64,000 nucleotides of DNA from Euryarchaeota archaeon UBA202 (GCA_002502685.1 DAQA01000029.1:4957-68956); one strand, 5' to 3'. Positions 20,252-30,264 are shown, numbered from the stretch's first letter. Program-made: numbers and translations. Notes: generated by a model from the sequence alone, not told the origin.

Positions 20252-23200
20252 CTAAGAGGATGATGTTATATCTACAGGTGGCGTCTCAGCAGTGATAGAG
20301 GGATTATACATATCATATGCCTTTACTCCCTGGATGGTTCCCTTAATGGGCTCGTTTGCTTCAAGCTGGTAATCAAAATGTACCCATTCCCCCCGTGCAA
20401 GACTTTCAATATATACCACTGCCTGTCTTCCCCTTATCTCAAAATTATCAATCGTATCATTGCCCAATAATGCACTAAAATCTGTAGAAACAAAGGAGAA
20501 ACCCACTGGAGCCCGAAGATCAATAAGAACCATGCGGGCACTCTCCGCGCTTCCATTATACATTAAGTCCACATGGGCCCAGAGCATATCAGATACTTTA
20601 ATTGATGTGGAATCATAGCTTACATTGATAATTAGTTCACGTGGTTTTTCTAGTGACACCAAATCCCAGGGGAGATATTGTTCAGAAAAGATTTGATAAA
20701 GGATGCTCCCATTTCCCTGTGCAGTAATCTCTATGGTGGCAACATCAGAAAGATAGGGACGTAAATCAATCAGGTATGTAACATCCTTGTTTTCGTCTGT
20801 CAGATCCAAAATGGCCACCGGTATATTATTGGCATAAATGTTGACCCGCATATCCTCGATTTCACCTGTTCCCTGTCCATTGAGAGCCTGTAAAGCAACA
20901 ACTGTATCCTGGGTGGATGAAAACCCTCCCATTTGATTTCTATGGTTCAAAAGATAACTGACAGCCCCTTTGATTATTCCTTCAGATCCGCCATGCTTTT
21001 GAAGCGCCATAATAGCATACGCAGTTGTTTCAATGGTATAGGTGCTCATTCCCCAAAATCGCGCTGTTTCAGTGTTTGAATACATATTATTTTCTGTTTC
21101 CCAATACATCGTTCCGTTGTCTTCATTTCGTAGCAAGAGTAGTTGACTGCAAATCCTGTCCTGCACACTCCTCTCCCCATTGGCGTCCTCTAGAACAATA
21201 AGTGCCAGGGCAAGGGTATAGGGATCATTCCAATGCTCATCGATATTTTCTTTAATGTACCCTAACGATTTTTTAATATGACTATCACTTTCATATCCAC
21301 TGTAGAGAAGTGATCGGGTGATATATGCCGTGGTCGCCACCTTTTTCATTTTAAGAATCGGATTAGTTGTTTCATATAATCCCCATTCAGGAAACCTATA
21401 GGATCCATCACTCATCTGTTGGTTGATGAGCCAGTTTTGCATGTCAGGGATAATTTTGTCATCAATGGTGAATCCTGTATTCTTGGCATCCTGAAATGTG
21501 AGAAGGCCCCATGAGGTTAACCAGGGATGTGGACTCTCCTCATGGGGGAACCAGACAATACCCCGTCCATCCTTATCCCGGACAAGATACATAAATTCAT
21601 GTTGTATCCCCTGGGTGACCATGGTTTCACTTTCAAAGAGTTGATCGGTTGTGATCCCGTCTTTTTTTAAGAGATTTTGATAGGCAAGGATATCAATGGC
21701 AAGCAAGGACATGGATTGTTCTCCGCATCCTGAAACAAAATTAAGAAATCCCTCGGCGCCATCTAGTATCACAGATTCCATTCCCCCCTGGATTTTGATG
21801 AAGGCGTTTTCACTGTTGGATATGCGTTCAGATGACAGGGGTATGATATGGGTCACTGTTTGGTTGTCTCTTAATTCACCATTTTCAATTTGTGTAATTG
21901 CTTTTCCATCCGGGTCTATCCTTATTTGTTTCACTATGGCATCGCTGTCTTCATTGGAGAGGGCGGTTATGGTAATATTATGGCTGCCGACACTGATGGG
22001 TCGAATAGTAAAAGCGACACCAGTGACACTATTTGGATGTATGGTAAGTGACTGCTTGCGTCTAGAGAGAAGATCATACCATTCGTCTTGTTCAATCTCC
22101 ACTGTCACTGTACTTGTTGTGTTGCCATAATTGTACACCAGGATATTTAGGGGGAACTCGTCATTCCTGATTGCTGCCACGGGGATATCGGGCTCAACAA
22201 AAAATTGTTTAAAGACCCGTATTTCCTGGTTTCCTACACCGATTTGTGCATCCATTGTGGAGGCAATGGCTTCAATATTCCAGGTGGTAATTGAATCCGG
22301 GGTGATTAGGGTGATATTTGCATTGCCCTGTTCATCTGTTATAATGAGGGGTTTCCAGTACCATGTCTCGGGAAAGAAATGTCTTACACGTTCTGGGGAA
22401 GTATCTTGTGCGCCATTACCCAATAAAATCGAATCCTTTACGAGGGCATCTTCCTCCCACCGACCCGTTATATTTACAAAAATATTTCCTCCTGGCCCAT
22501 CATTTCTATCTACTAGTCCAATATCACCTCCCATCCCGTCTTCCGTATCACTTGGTAAGGCTTGGTTCATTACCATGAACATACCGACACCACAAATACA
22601 AAGACCCAGGGTTGCCAGGGTGGCAAACATTTTTGTGTTCCCAAACACTTTACCGGCAAAATAAGTGGTTATTACAACCGCACAGACAATAAAGGCAATA
22701 AGCAGGGTCATCCAATAGACAAATATACTTTTTTCCTTGAATAATTGGGCATCCGCAAGGTATTTATCCGGGTTGCTAAGGACCATGTTTTCGTCTGTTT
22801 TAAAACTACTTTGGTCCACAAGATAGGGTGTTTCTCCTAAGGAGAGGATCCTTGTGGTATTAGTAAAGACATATTCATGAATCTCATATGCGGGAGTGAT
22901 AAATTCTTCCTCCAACTCAAAGTAAAGTTTTTCTAGACCCATAAAACGCTGGCTGACTTCAAAAACAGACTTGTCCACAATACTAATACCCATGGCGGCA
23001 ACCACGGGGTGTGATCCATCATCTACCTTGAACTGCAAGGTTATATTTTCGTGTGGTTCATACTCCTCCTGGGCAGTGTACACCTGCACATTTAAGGTAT
23101 CTGGTGATATTACCCCTATAACCGCGGTATCCCGTGCCACATTCAAATCTGGTTGTATCTTATAGGCTCGTATCTGGGTGAGAGGTATCATGTCAGGTGT

Positions 23201-24670
23201 CGCAATAATACTAAAATTTCCCTTCCCTTCACTGAGGGCGAGTCTGCCCGTGGTTGTCACAAAGCCGTTTGCTATCACGTCATAATAGACCCAATCGGTT
23301 GTACTGTTCCCTGTATAATATACTTCGCATTGGATATCATCACCCGCCAGATAATTTTCTTTATTGGGAATGACTTTAATACCTCGTGATCCAGTGAGGT
23401 CATGTTTGGAGACAATTCTTACATCATTTTTTATTACTTCAACCATAAGGGTGGTTTGATTGGTAAACAAAAAACTAAAATTGGCAATACCCCGTTCATT
23501 GGTCATTTTGCTTGTCATGTTTTTTCCATCAAGGAATACAGTCACCTGTGCATTATCCACAGCTACCCCGCAGGGATCCCGTACAATCACATAATACTTA
23601 GACAGGGTGTCTATGATATTGTTATCCCCAAGTGTGGTGATTACTAGTGAGTTATTTGCAAGGGGAATGATATGGGTCTCATTTTCCATATGTCCCCCGG
23701 TGTCCTCTACAGTGATTTGTAACTGAATTATCCCATTCTGGTTCCATACTGGAAGAGTCACAGCATAATTAACGGGTGGTAAAGTAAACTTAAATTCCCC
23801 ATTTGTTAGTTTTCCTTTCACCCCCGCCACATTTCCCCATTTCCCCAGATAGGTAGAAGCATTAATTTGGACAGTACCCTCCACCGCTTTACCAAAAAAG
23901 TATCTACAGGAAACAGCACCGGTGATGGATTCATTAATAAGATACCACGGTTTCATATCTTCAACCTCGATACTAAACTTGGGAAGAACATATTTTTCAA
24001 CCATAACCACCGTCTGGGTTTCCTCGCCACCTACCCGTGCCGTTATTTTATAATTACCCATGGGTAATTGATCAGAAAGAAAAAAATCATACTCTGTGAT
24101 CCCATACTCATTATCAGGTTGCAAAAATTCCTTTGCCATAAGGTTTCCCTCAGGATCCGCTATCGATAACTCTACTATGTCATCTGAGGCAACGGGATCA
24201 ATATTTTCATAGGTAAGCATCCTGATATGGATTGTTTGACCGGGCTGATAGAGGGGCTTATCCGTAGAAAGAAGAATCCGATGGATATCTACAATAGAGA
24301 TATCCTTCCTGATCTTTTCATCTCCAACCGTGACCACAAGTTTTCCCTCTCCCGTAATATTGGGAACAGTAAAGAGAGGTTTCACATATCCACCGTCATC
24401 CATCTTTCCCTCATAAAGATTAAATGTTTCATCCCCAAGGATAACATCAACAGTAACCTTTTCATCTGATGGAACACCCTTGATATCATGGGCAAGGACA
24501 AGGAGGGATGACTGAGAATTACTAAACAATTTCGAAGGCATATTCACCGTCACTAGATTTTTACTTGAAAGATAGAGGTCATCAGCAGTATAAGCCATGG
24601 CCCCGGAAGCTACAATGATACATCCAATGGCAATAATAAGCCATGTCTTTTTCCCAAGCATATTTTTCAT
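20252..24670 (-). CDS. Alpha-2-macroglobulin-family thioester-containing protein. The ORF extends to 24757; the likely start is MKNML at 24670.
   Basis: Canonical thioester motif FVSGCGEQSMSLL and TED-domain NWLINQQMSDGSY (QQxDGS). Signal/TM IIAIGCIIVASGAMA. About 1,470 aa with long MG-like beta regions. Two hydrophobic helices in mid-protein (LLIAFIVCAVVITTYFAG / LATLGLCICGVGMFMVM). Confidence 0.75.
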   Translation of the reverse strand: MKNMLGKKTWLIIAIGCIIVASGAMAYTADDLYLSSKNLVTVNMPSKLFSNSQSSLLVLAHDIKGVPSDEKVTVDVILGDETFNLYEGKMDDGGYVKPLFTVPNITGEGKLVVTVGDEKIRKDISIVDIHRILLSTDKPLYQPGQTIHIRMLTYENIDPVASDDIVELSIADPEGNLMAKEFLQPDNEYGITEYDFFLSDQLPMGNYKITARVGGEETQTVVMVEKYVLPKFSIEVEDMKPWYLINESITGAVSCRYFFGKAVEGTVQINASTYLGKWGNVAGVKGKLTNGEFKFTLPPVNYAVTLPVWNQNGIIQLQITVEDTGGHMENETHIIPLANNSLVITTLGDNNIIDTLSKYYVIVRDPCGVAVDNAQVTVFLDGKNMTSKMTNERGIANFSFLFTNQTTLMVEVIKNDVRIVSKHDLTGSRGIKVIPNKENYLAGDDIQCEVYYTGNSTTDWVYYDVIANGFVTTTGRLALSEGKGNFSIIATPDMIPLTQIRAYKIQPDLNVARDTAVIGVISPDTLNVQVYTAQEEYEPHENITLQFKVDDGSHPVVAAMGISIVDKSVFEVSQRFMGLEKLYFELEEEFITPAYEIHEYVFTNTTRILSLGETPYLVDQSSFKTDENMVLSNPDKYLADAQLFKEKSIFVYWMTLLIAFIVCAVVITTYFAGKVFGNTKMFATLATLGLCICGVGMFMVMNQALPSDTEDGMGGDIGLVDRNDGPGGNIFVNITGRWEEDALVKDSILLGNGAQDTSPERVRHFFPETWYWKPLIITDEQGNANITLITPDSITTWNIEAIASTMDAQIGVGNQEIRVFKQFFVEPDIPVAAIRNDEFPLNILVYNYGNTTSTVTVEIEQDEWYDLLSRRKQSLTIHPNSVTGVAFTIRPISVGSHNITITALSNEDSDAIVKQIRIDPDGKAITQIENGELRDNQTVTHIIPLSSERISNSENAFIKIQGGMESVILDGAEGFLNFVSGCGEQSMSLLAIDILAYQNLLKKDGITTDQLFESETMVTQGIQHEFMYLVRDKDGRGIVWFPHEESPHPWLTSWGLLTFQDAKNTGFTIDDKIIPDMQNWLINQQMSDGSYRFPEWGLYETTNPILKMKKVATTAYITRSLLYSGYESDSHIKKSLGYIKENIDEHWNDPYTLALALIVLEDANGERSVQDRICSQLLLLRNEDNGTMYWETENNMYSNTETARFWGMSTYTIETTAYAIMALQKHGGSEGIIKGAVSYLLNHRNQMGGFSSTQDTVVALQALNGQGTGEIEDMRVNIYANNIPVAILDLTDENKDVTYLIDLRPYLSDVATIEITAQGNGSILYQIFSEQYLPWDLVSLEKPRELIINVSYDSTSIKVSDMLWAHVDLMYNGSAESARMVLIDLRAPVGFSFVSTDFSALLGNDTIDNFEIRGRQAVVYIESLARGEWVHFDYQLEANEPIKGTIQGVKAYDMYNPSITAETPPVDITSSS

Positions 24671-24926
24671 ACAAACATTATCTGATTTTAAATAATAAAT
24701 ACTCTTATAACGTTTGGTGACCACCAAACCTCCTTTGCGCAAACAACTTGTCACCAACTATTCCGGCAGCATCCCATTTTTTTTTTCTATCATACGCGCG
24801 CTATTCTCCCCTAGCAATGGTGCTGTTTATCCTTCTCCACCGTTGTAGAAAAATGGTTCATCTAGATTGTACAAGGGTACCAAAAACCACACAAAGATCA
24901 TTATGCCAAATATTAATAACCCGTGA

Positions 24927-25859
24927 TTGAATATATCGCATATCTTCATGGACTCATTCCAAAAACATCTCAAAAAAGATAGTTTTCCTATAACATTTGA
25001 GCCAGATTCACCCAAGGGGACACAACTCACAAATTATCTTACCCTTGACATCCCCTCAAAAATAGCTGCGTTTTGTCTTTACAATAATCCCCGGGGTGAA
25101 CCTCGCCTGGATCCCTTTGTCTATGGAAAAAAATTAAGGGACATCTACAAAAAGGATATTATCGCAAATATACGTATACAGGATTACAGTATCCCCCTTT
25201 TCCAAAGCATTCTTTGGGGAGGATACAATCTGGGCATAAAAAACCTCTTAATGGTCACCGGTGACTATCACCATCACAGTCCCTTTCTCCTCGATGTAAC
25301 CGAGGGACTCACTGGCATCACTGCCTATCTGAATCAGGGCTATTTTATGCCCGAGTTAAAGGAAACAGCACAAAGATACCACAACCGTTATCTTGATACA
25401 AAAAAAGTTTTTTCACCCAAAACATGTGAGGGAAAAACTTCCTTTTTTGTTGGATCAGCCCTGGTGGCAACACGAAGAAAAGAAAAAGAGATATACCACA
25501 AAAAAATACAAGCAGGAAGCCAGTTTTTTATGACCCAACTCACCTATACACCCACAGATATCATTAACTTCATGGAAACCATAAATCCCACAAAGCCAAT
25601 ACTCGTGGGGTCAGGCCCCATTACCTCCCTAAAAACAATACGTTTTTTCAAGGAACAATTAAATATTCCGGGTCTGTCTCCTCGCCTCATCAACCGGCTA
25701 AAACAATCAAAGGACATGGGTAAAGAATCAGTGCACATCTGTACTGAAATGTATCATACCCTCAGAGATTTTGCCCGAGAAAATAATTACCTCCTAGGTG
25801 CACATGTGATGTCCATTCGAAAACCCCAATTAGCCCTGGAAATAATCAAGGAAATCTAA
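24927..25859 (+). CDS. Hypothetical protein, possibly a methylenetetrahydrofolate reductase (MetF)-like TIM barrel. First gene of the MtrAH/MetE operon.
   Basis: FPITFEPDSPKG loosely resembles the MetF SFEFFPPK motif. Its stop is 4 nt before the MtrA-like start. Confidence 0.3.
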   Translation: MNISHIFMDSFQKHLKKDSFPITFEPDSPKGTQLTNYLTLDIPSKIAAFCLYNNPRGEPRLDPFVYGKKLRDIYKKDIIANIRIQDYSIPLFQSILWGGYNLGIKNLLMVTGDYHHHSPFLLDVTEGLTGITAYLNQGYFMPELKETAQRYHNRYLDTKKVFSPKTCEGKTSFFVGSALVATRRKEKEIYHKKIQAGSQFFMTQLTYTPTDIINFMETINPTKPILVGSGPITSLKTIRFFKEQLNIPGLSPRLINRLKQSKDMGKESVHICTEMYHTLRDFARENNYLLGAHVMSIRKPQLALEIIKEI

Positions 25860-25862
25860 GTC

Positions 25863-26429
25863 ATGACAACAAAATATTATCCCTGGCCTGGCGATTTCAC
25901 CCCGTGTCACCCCACCGGTTCTGTGGCAGCAGTATTATTATCCACCGACTATATACCCTCACAAACTGTTGCTATTTATGGACACGTTAAAACAGAAAAC
26001 ATTGGCCTAGAAAAAATCATGGCCAATGTCATCTCCAATCCCCATATCCGCTACCTCGTACTGATTGGAAAAGATATCCGTGGTCATTTACCCGGCTCAT
26101 CACTCAAGGCACTCCACCAACATGGAATTGATCATACCAATAAAATCAATACCGCCCCCGGCGCAATCCCCTATATCGAAAACCTCTCAGAGGATGCTGT
26201 TAAAAGATTTCAAAACCAAGTAGTTATCATTGACCTCATGAATATTGCGGATAAGAACCGTCTTGATAATAAAATAAATGAACTTATCAACACGTCCCCT
26301 TCCTGCTACGGCGACCCCTTCATCGCACTGCGCCTGACGGTCATCTACAGTAAGCCAAGGGATGATAAAAGGGCATTACATTCAAAAATTATTATAGATT
26401 GGAGAGGAAAGATAAAAAAAAGGAGATAA
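25863..26429 (+). CDS. MtrA-like corrinoid-binding protein: soluble homologue of tetrahydromethanopterin S-methyltransferase subunit A, lacking the C-terminal TM anchor.
   Basis: VKTENIGLEKIMANVISNPHIRYLVLIGKDIRGHLPGSSLKALHQHGID closely matches the conserved MtrA core ([22 protein letters not shown]...GHITGQ...AL..NG). Confidence 0.65.
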   Translation: MTTKYYPWPGDFTPCHPTGSVAAVLLSTDYIPSQTVAIYGHVKTENIGLEKIMANVISNPHIRYLVLIGKDIRGHLPGSSLKALHQHGIDHTNKINTAPGAIPYIENLSEDAVKRFQNQVVIIDLMNIADKNRLDNKINELINTSPSCYGDPFIALRLTVIYSKPRDDKRALHSKIIIDWRGKIKKRR

Positions 26430-26430
26430 C

Positions 26431-27327
26431 ATGTTTTCTTTCACCCAGGAACAAAAAGTATTTCGTATCGGTGGCATCTCTATTGGAGGGCAACCCGGTG
26501 AACACCCCACGGTTCTTTTTGGCGGAGTATTTTTTAAAGGGGCACCCCGCCTTAAAGAAGCAAAAAAAAATCTTGATGACATGTTGGCACTAAGTCACAC
26601 CACACATATACCGGCTATCCCTGATTTTTTTATTCGATATGAAAAACATATCCCTCTTATTATTGATTTTATCAATTCTGCTCTCCCCTCCCACCATCCC
26701 TTCTCTGTTGACATCATTGATCCCCACCTGAAACCACAAGTTCTCAGCCACCTTGCAAAACATGATCTCCTCCACCGTACCATCTATAACTCGATACATA
26801 TAGGTATCACTGAAAAGGAAAGAAAAACCCTGCATAAATATCCCCCTGCCATGGCAATCATTTTAGCATTCAACCCCAAAGATAACTCCCCGGATGGAAG
26901 ACTTGAAATACTAGAAAATAGCGCCCATCTTCTCAATAAAGGTCTTCTAGAAATATCTAGAGAAGCAGGTATTGAAAAACTGTTAATTGACACTGCGGCA
27001 ATGGCACCAGGGGAAAATAGCGGCGCAGCCATTGCTGCCATCCCGGTAATCAAGGAAGAATATGGTCTACCTGTTGGCTGTGCCATCCATAACGTGGTGG
27101 AAAAATCTCATTGGCTTACATCCTTTAAGAAATCCATTGTTGATGCATCATCAAATACCACTATCCCCCTGTTTGGAGGCGATTATGTGCTTTATGGGCC
27201 ACTTACGCTCTCTTCGTCTGTGTTTCCCTTGATTGCCTGGGAGGATATTCTTATTTCAGAATATGTCGAGAACTACTTTGGGGTAAAACCCTGCGATGGG
27301 CATCCGCGAAAAAGGTTTTTTCCATGA
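26431..27327 (+). CDS. MtrH-like methyl-tetrahydropterin:corrinoid methyltransferase (pterin-binding TIM barrel).
   Basis: N-terminus MFSFTQEQKVFRIGGISIGGQPGEHPTVLFGGVFF parallels MtrH (FGGQPGEYPT). About 300 aa. Confidence 0.6.
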   Translation: MFSFTQEQKVFRIGGISIGGQPGEHPTVLFGGVFFKGAPRLKEAKKNLDDMLALSHTTHIPAIPDFFIRYEKHIPLIIDFINSALPSHHPFSVDIIDPHLKPQVLSHLAKHDLLHRTIYNSIHIGITEKERKTLHKYPPAMAIILAFNPKDNSPDGRLEILENSAHLLNKGLLEISREAGIEKLLIDTAAMAPGENSGAAIAAIPVIKEEYGLPVGCAIHNVVEKSHWLTSFKKSIVDASSNTTIPLFGGDYVLYGPLTLSSSVFPLIAWEDILISEYVENYFGVKPCDGHPRKRFFP

Positions 27328-28217
27328 TTCCTCAAACCACCATTATCGGTTCCTATCCTCTTTTTCCCAATAGAGGAAAAATTATGCAGAATTATTTTCA
27401 TCACTATACGTGTGATTCATGGAAACCACTCATTCAACAAGTAATAGATGATCTCAATACAGCAAGGATTGATATTCTCTCTGACGGACAAACACGTGAT
27501 CCTTTTGTCCAGTTATTTGCCCGAAAACTAAAAGGATGCCGCCTTAGAAACCGAGTTGAAATTATAGATGACATAGGGTACACCAAACCAATAACAGTAG
27601 ATGATCAAAGATATATCCAGTCCTTTATCCCCCAAGAAAAGCAATTAAAGGGTGTTATTACGGGTCCCTATACCCTGGCCAAATCATGCATTGATCTATA
27701 TTACCATGATGAGCAAGAGGTGGCTTTTTCTTTTGCCCATGCACTTAGAAAAGAAGTGGAGGAAATGCAATCATCAGTTGATATTTTGGGGATTGATGAA
27801 CCCTTTTTTTCTGTCTCTTTTCCTGAATATGCCCGAGATCTGATAGGTATCCTTACACATAACATCTCACTTCCTACCCTTCTGCACGTCTGTGGAAATG
27901 TGTCATCCGTTGTCTCCAAGATTTTTGATTTACCCGTTGACACTCTTTCTCATGAATTTAAGGCACGCCCTGATCTTTTTGACGTACTCCAAGATTTTTC
28001 TTTTCCCCAATCATTGTGTATCGGTTGTGTTCGATCGGATGATACACGTATCGAGCCTGTTCAAGAAATTACTTCCCATATCCAAAATGCTCTGGATCTT
28101 TTTGGTGAAAAGATACAGTATCTCTCTCCTGATTGTGGTCAACGGTCACTCCCCCGTGATGTAGCCTATCATAAGCTTGATAATCTTGTACAGGCTAAGG
28201 AGGCATTGAATGGATGA
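27324..28217 (+). CDS. metE: Core methionine synthase: MetE C-terminal (catalytic) domain only, a corrinoid/methylcobalamin:homocysteine methyltransferase.
   Basis: IIGSYPLFPNRG, LHVCGNVSSVV and a C-terminal SPDCGQRSLPRD (Zn-binding Cys region of MetE). About 300 aa, as in short archaeal MetE. Overlaps the upstream stop. Confidence 0.6.
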   Translation: MIPQTTIIGSYPLFPNRGKIMQNYFHHYTCDSWKPLIQQVIDDLNTARIDILSDGQTRDPFVQLFARKLKGCRLRNRVEIIDDIGYTKPITVDDQRYIQSFIPQEKQLKGVITGPYTLAKSCIDLYYHDEQEVAFSFAHALRKEVEEMQSSVDILGIDEPFFSVSFPEYARDLIGILTHNISLPTLLHVCGNVSSVVSKIFDLPVDTLSHEFKARPDLFDVLQDFSFPQSLCIGCVRSDDTRIEPVQEITSHIQNALDLFGEKIQYLSPDCGQRSLPRDVAYHKLDNLVQAKEALNG

Positions 28218-28530
28218 TATTCCTTGCATACAGGCTAAAAAGACACCACCCAAGGATGTCCAGTTGGATAAAGAAGGATTTTTTGTTATAGAAATAGTTG
28301 ACAAAGAAGTCCGGGTTGAATATTACTCCAATATCTATAAAAAAGGGAAGATAGTATCCGGAAAACTCAAGGCAATCTTTGTGGGTACACAGGCAGATGC
28401 ATTGTGTGACACCATAGCGCGTCATATTCCTTCTTTATATCCGGGGCATTATCTCTATCTTGGCCGAGAACTTCAAAGGGCGGAAGAGGCTTTGATGAGT
28501 GGAAAAAAATATGTCCAGGATGGCTGCTGA
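28210..28530 (+). CDS. Small hypothetical protein (106 aa), translationally coupled to the core-MetE gene (ATGA overlap).
   Basis: Start overlaps the metE stop. No recognisable motif. A GGCCT...AGGCC hairpin plus T-run follows at about 28555-28610, a possible terminator. Confidence 0.4.
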   Translation: MDDIPCIQAKKTPPKDVQLDKEGFFVIEIVDKEVRVEYYSNIYKKGKIVSGKLKAIFVGTQADALCDTIARHIPSLYPGHYLYLGRELQRAEEALMSGKKYVQDGC

Positions 28531-28656
28531 AGTGGAAGGGTACTTCACTTGGCCTTTACTGCGTAGAAAACAAACAGGCCTTAAAGGTAACTTTTTTCTT
28601 TGGCCTGGTTGCCTAGTGATTCCTTAGACGACTCCTCTTTTTTTTAGCTGGGGATA

Positions 28657-30264
28657 TCAAGTAAATAATGCCATTAAGTGAGGTATTATGATAAGTGAAA
28701 GAATTAAGGCTAATACCGCTAGTGAGATGAGAAAGGTTATTTTTCCTGCTATTTTTTCTTCTTGTTCCTTTTTAATATTTTTCTTTATCTTTTTTAATAA
28801 TATTGCGATCCCATCCTTTAAAAGATAACCCCCATCAAGGGGTATAGCGGGAAGGGCATTAAATGTTCCCAAGGCAAAATTTAACCAGAAAATCCAATAG
28901 ATGCTGTCACCCAGTCCCCAAAACAGTGATTTGGGTAATATGGACAGGGGTCCTGTTATTTTATACAGATTGCTCATCTCATCTGGAAAGGGTGACAGTC
29001 CCTGAAAGGGGAGAGTTATATAGGTGAAAAATCCGGATAGAGACGATGCAGGATGTACTAAAGCATCTATTAATGCTTCAGGGGAGGAAACCATGATGCC
29101 CAAAGGGAGAATATTGATTCCCAAAAAGCCCACATTAGTGTATTCTTCCTTGTTTTTGCCAGGGTAATATTTCTCATAATACTCGTATTTGTCACCCAGT
29201 GTTACTGTTTTGTTATAAAAAGTATAATTCTTTGTTTCCTGGTGATAACTAACCCCTTCGATATATATGGTTTTTCCCGCCCTAGTTGTATTCATGATGG
29301 TATTAAACTCTTCTTCATTTGTTACAAGTGTTCCATTGATCGTTTCTATAATGTCTCCCACTCTTATCCCCGCTTTATCAGCGGGGTATCCTTCTGCAAC
29401 AACAGCGATTACCAATCCACCCATAATGGTTTGTGTCTGAAAATTATTATCATGATAAAAAGTGAAGGTATAGTTTTTTGTGGGTTGCAGGCTAGCGGCT
29501 ACTTTGTCAAAATCATCAACATCTTTTATGGATTGTTCATCAATAGAGGTGATTAATGTCCAGGGTTCAATATCCAAAACATCGGCGGGACTGTTTTCAA
29601 TGATGCCCACCGCAAGGGTTCCATTATGGTGTGGTGACACGCTTGCCATGAAACCTAAGGAAAACACAAGGGCGCAGATAAACGCTAGAACCAAATTGGA
29701 TGACGGCCCCATTGCAAAAATACGCATCCGTTTCTTTTTGTGAATTTTCTCCATCTGTTTTTCATCGGGTTCCACAAATGCCCCAAGGGGTATAATCATA
29801 TACATGATCCCCAGGGCTTTAATCTTTATGTTTCCCACCATGGCCAGAATTCCATGTGAAAATTCATGAATAATGATGGCAATGATGATTCCCACAATTA
29901 AATAGGGAATAGATGAAAGGGGTATGAGGGGGTTAACACCAGGGAGAAGAAGCAACATTTGTGGTGTTGGTGCCTGCTCAGCTGGAATGCTAAACGAGAG
30001 GGTCATTTCCCATATAAGAAGTGCCATCATGGCAAACATGGCCATAAAGCAGAGGAAGACACCGAAATTTGCAAAATGTGTCCAAAAGAGTTTTGGCTGT
30101 GACAAAAATTTAATAATCTTTTTCCCCCGGGGTGTCCTCCACATCAGGACAGGACCCCACAAAGAAAGGTTGTATTTTTTTAACATCCCCCGGGTTTTTA
30201 CAATATAAAGTAAGAGAAACCAAAAAGATAGGATTATCAATAGCAGGGGCAGCAACCCAGGCAT
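28657..30264 (-). CDS. Site-2 protease (M50 family) intramembrane zinc metalloprotease with PDZ domain(s).
   Basis: HExxH in TM helix IIAIIIHEFSHGILA. Second motif ALPAIPLDGGYLLKDG (LDGG). Multiple TM helices. The central soluble region has PDZ-like G-hydrophobic-G loops. Confidence 0.75.
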   Translation of the reverse strand: MPGLLPLLLIILSFWFLLLYIVKTRGMLKKYNLSLWGPVLMWRTPRGKKIIKFLSQPKLFWTHFANFGVFLCFMAMFAMMALLIWEMTLSFSIPAEQAPTPQMLLLLPGVNPLIPLSSIPYLIVGIIIAIIIHEFSHGILAMVGNIKIKALGIMYMIIPLGAFVEPDEKQMEKIHKKKRMRIFAMGPSSNLVLAFICALVFSLGFMASVSPHHNGTLAVGIIENSPADVLDIEPWTLITSIDEQSIKDVDDFDKVAASLQPTKNYTFTFYHDNNFQTQTIMGGLVIAVVAEGYPADKAGIRVGDIIETINGTLVTNEEEFNTIMNTTRAGKTIYIEGVSYHQETKNYTFYNKTVTLGDKYEYYEKYYPGKNKEEYTNVGFLGINILPLGIMVSSPEALIDALVHPASSLSGFFTYITLPFQGLSPFPDEMSNLYKITGPLSILPKSLFWGLGDSIYWIFWLNFALGTFNALPAIPLDGGYLLKDGIAILLKKIKKNIKKEQEEKIAGKITFLISLAVLALILSLIIIPHLMALFT

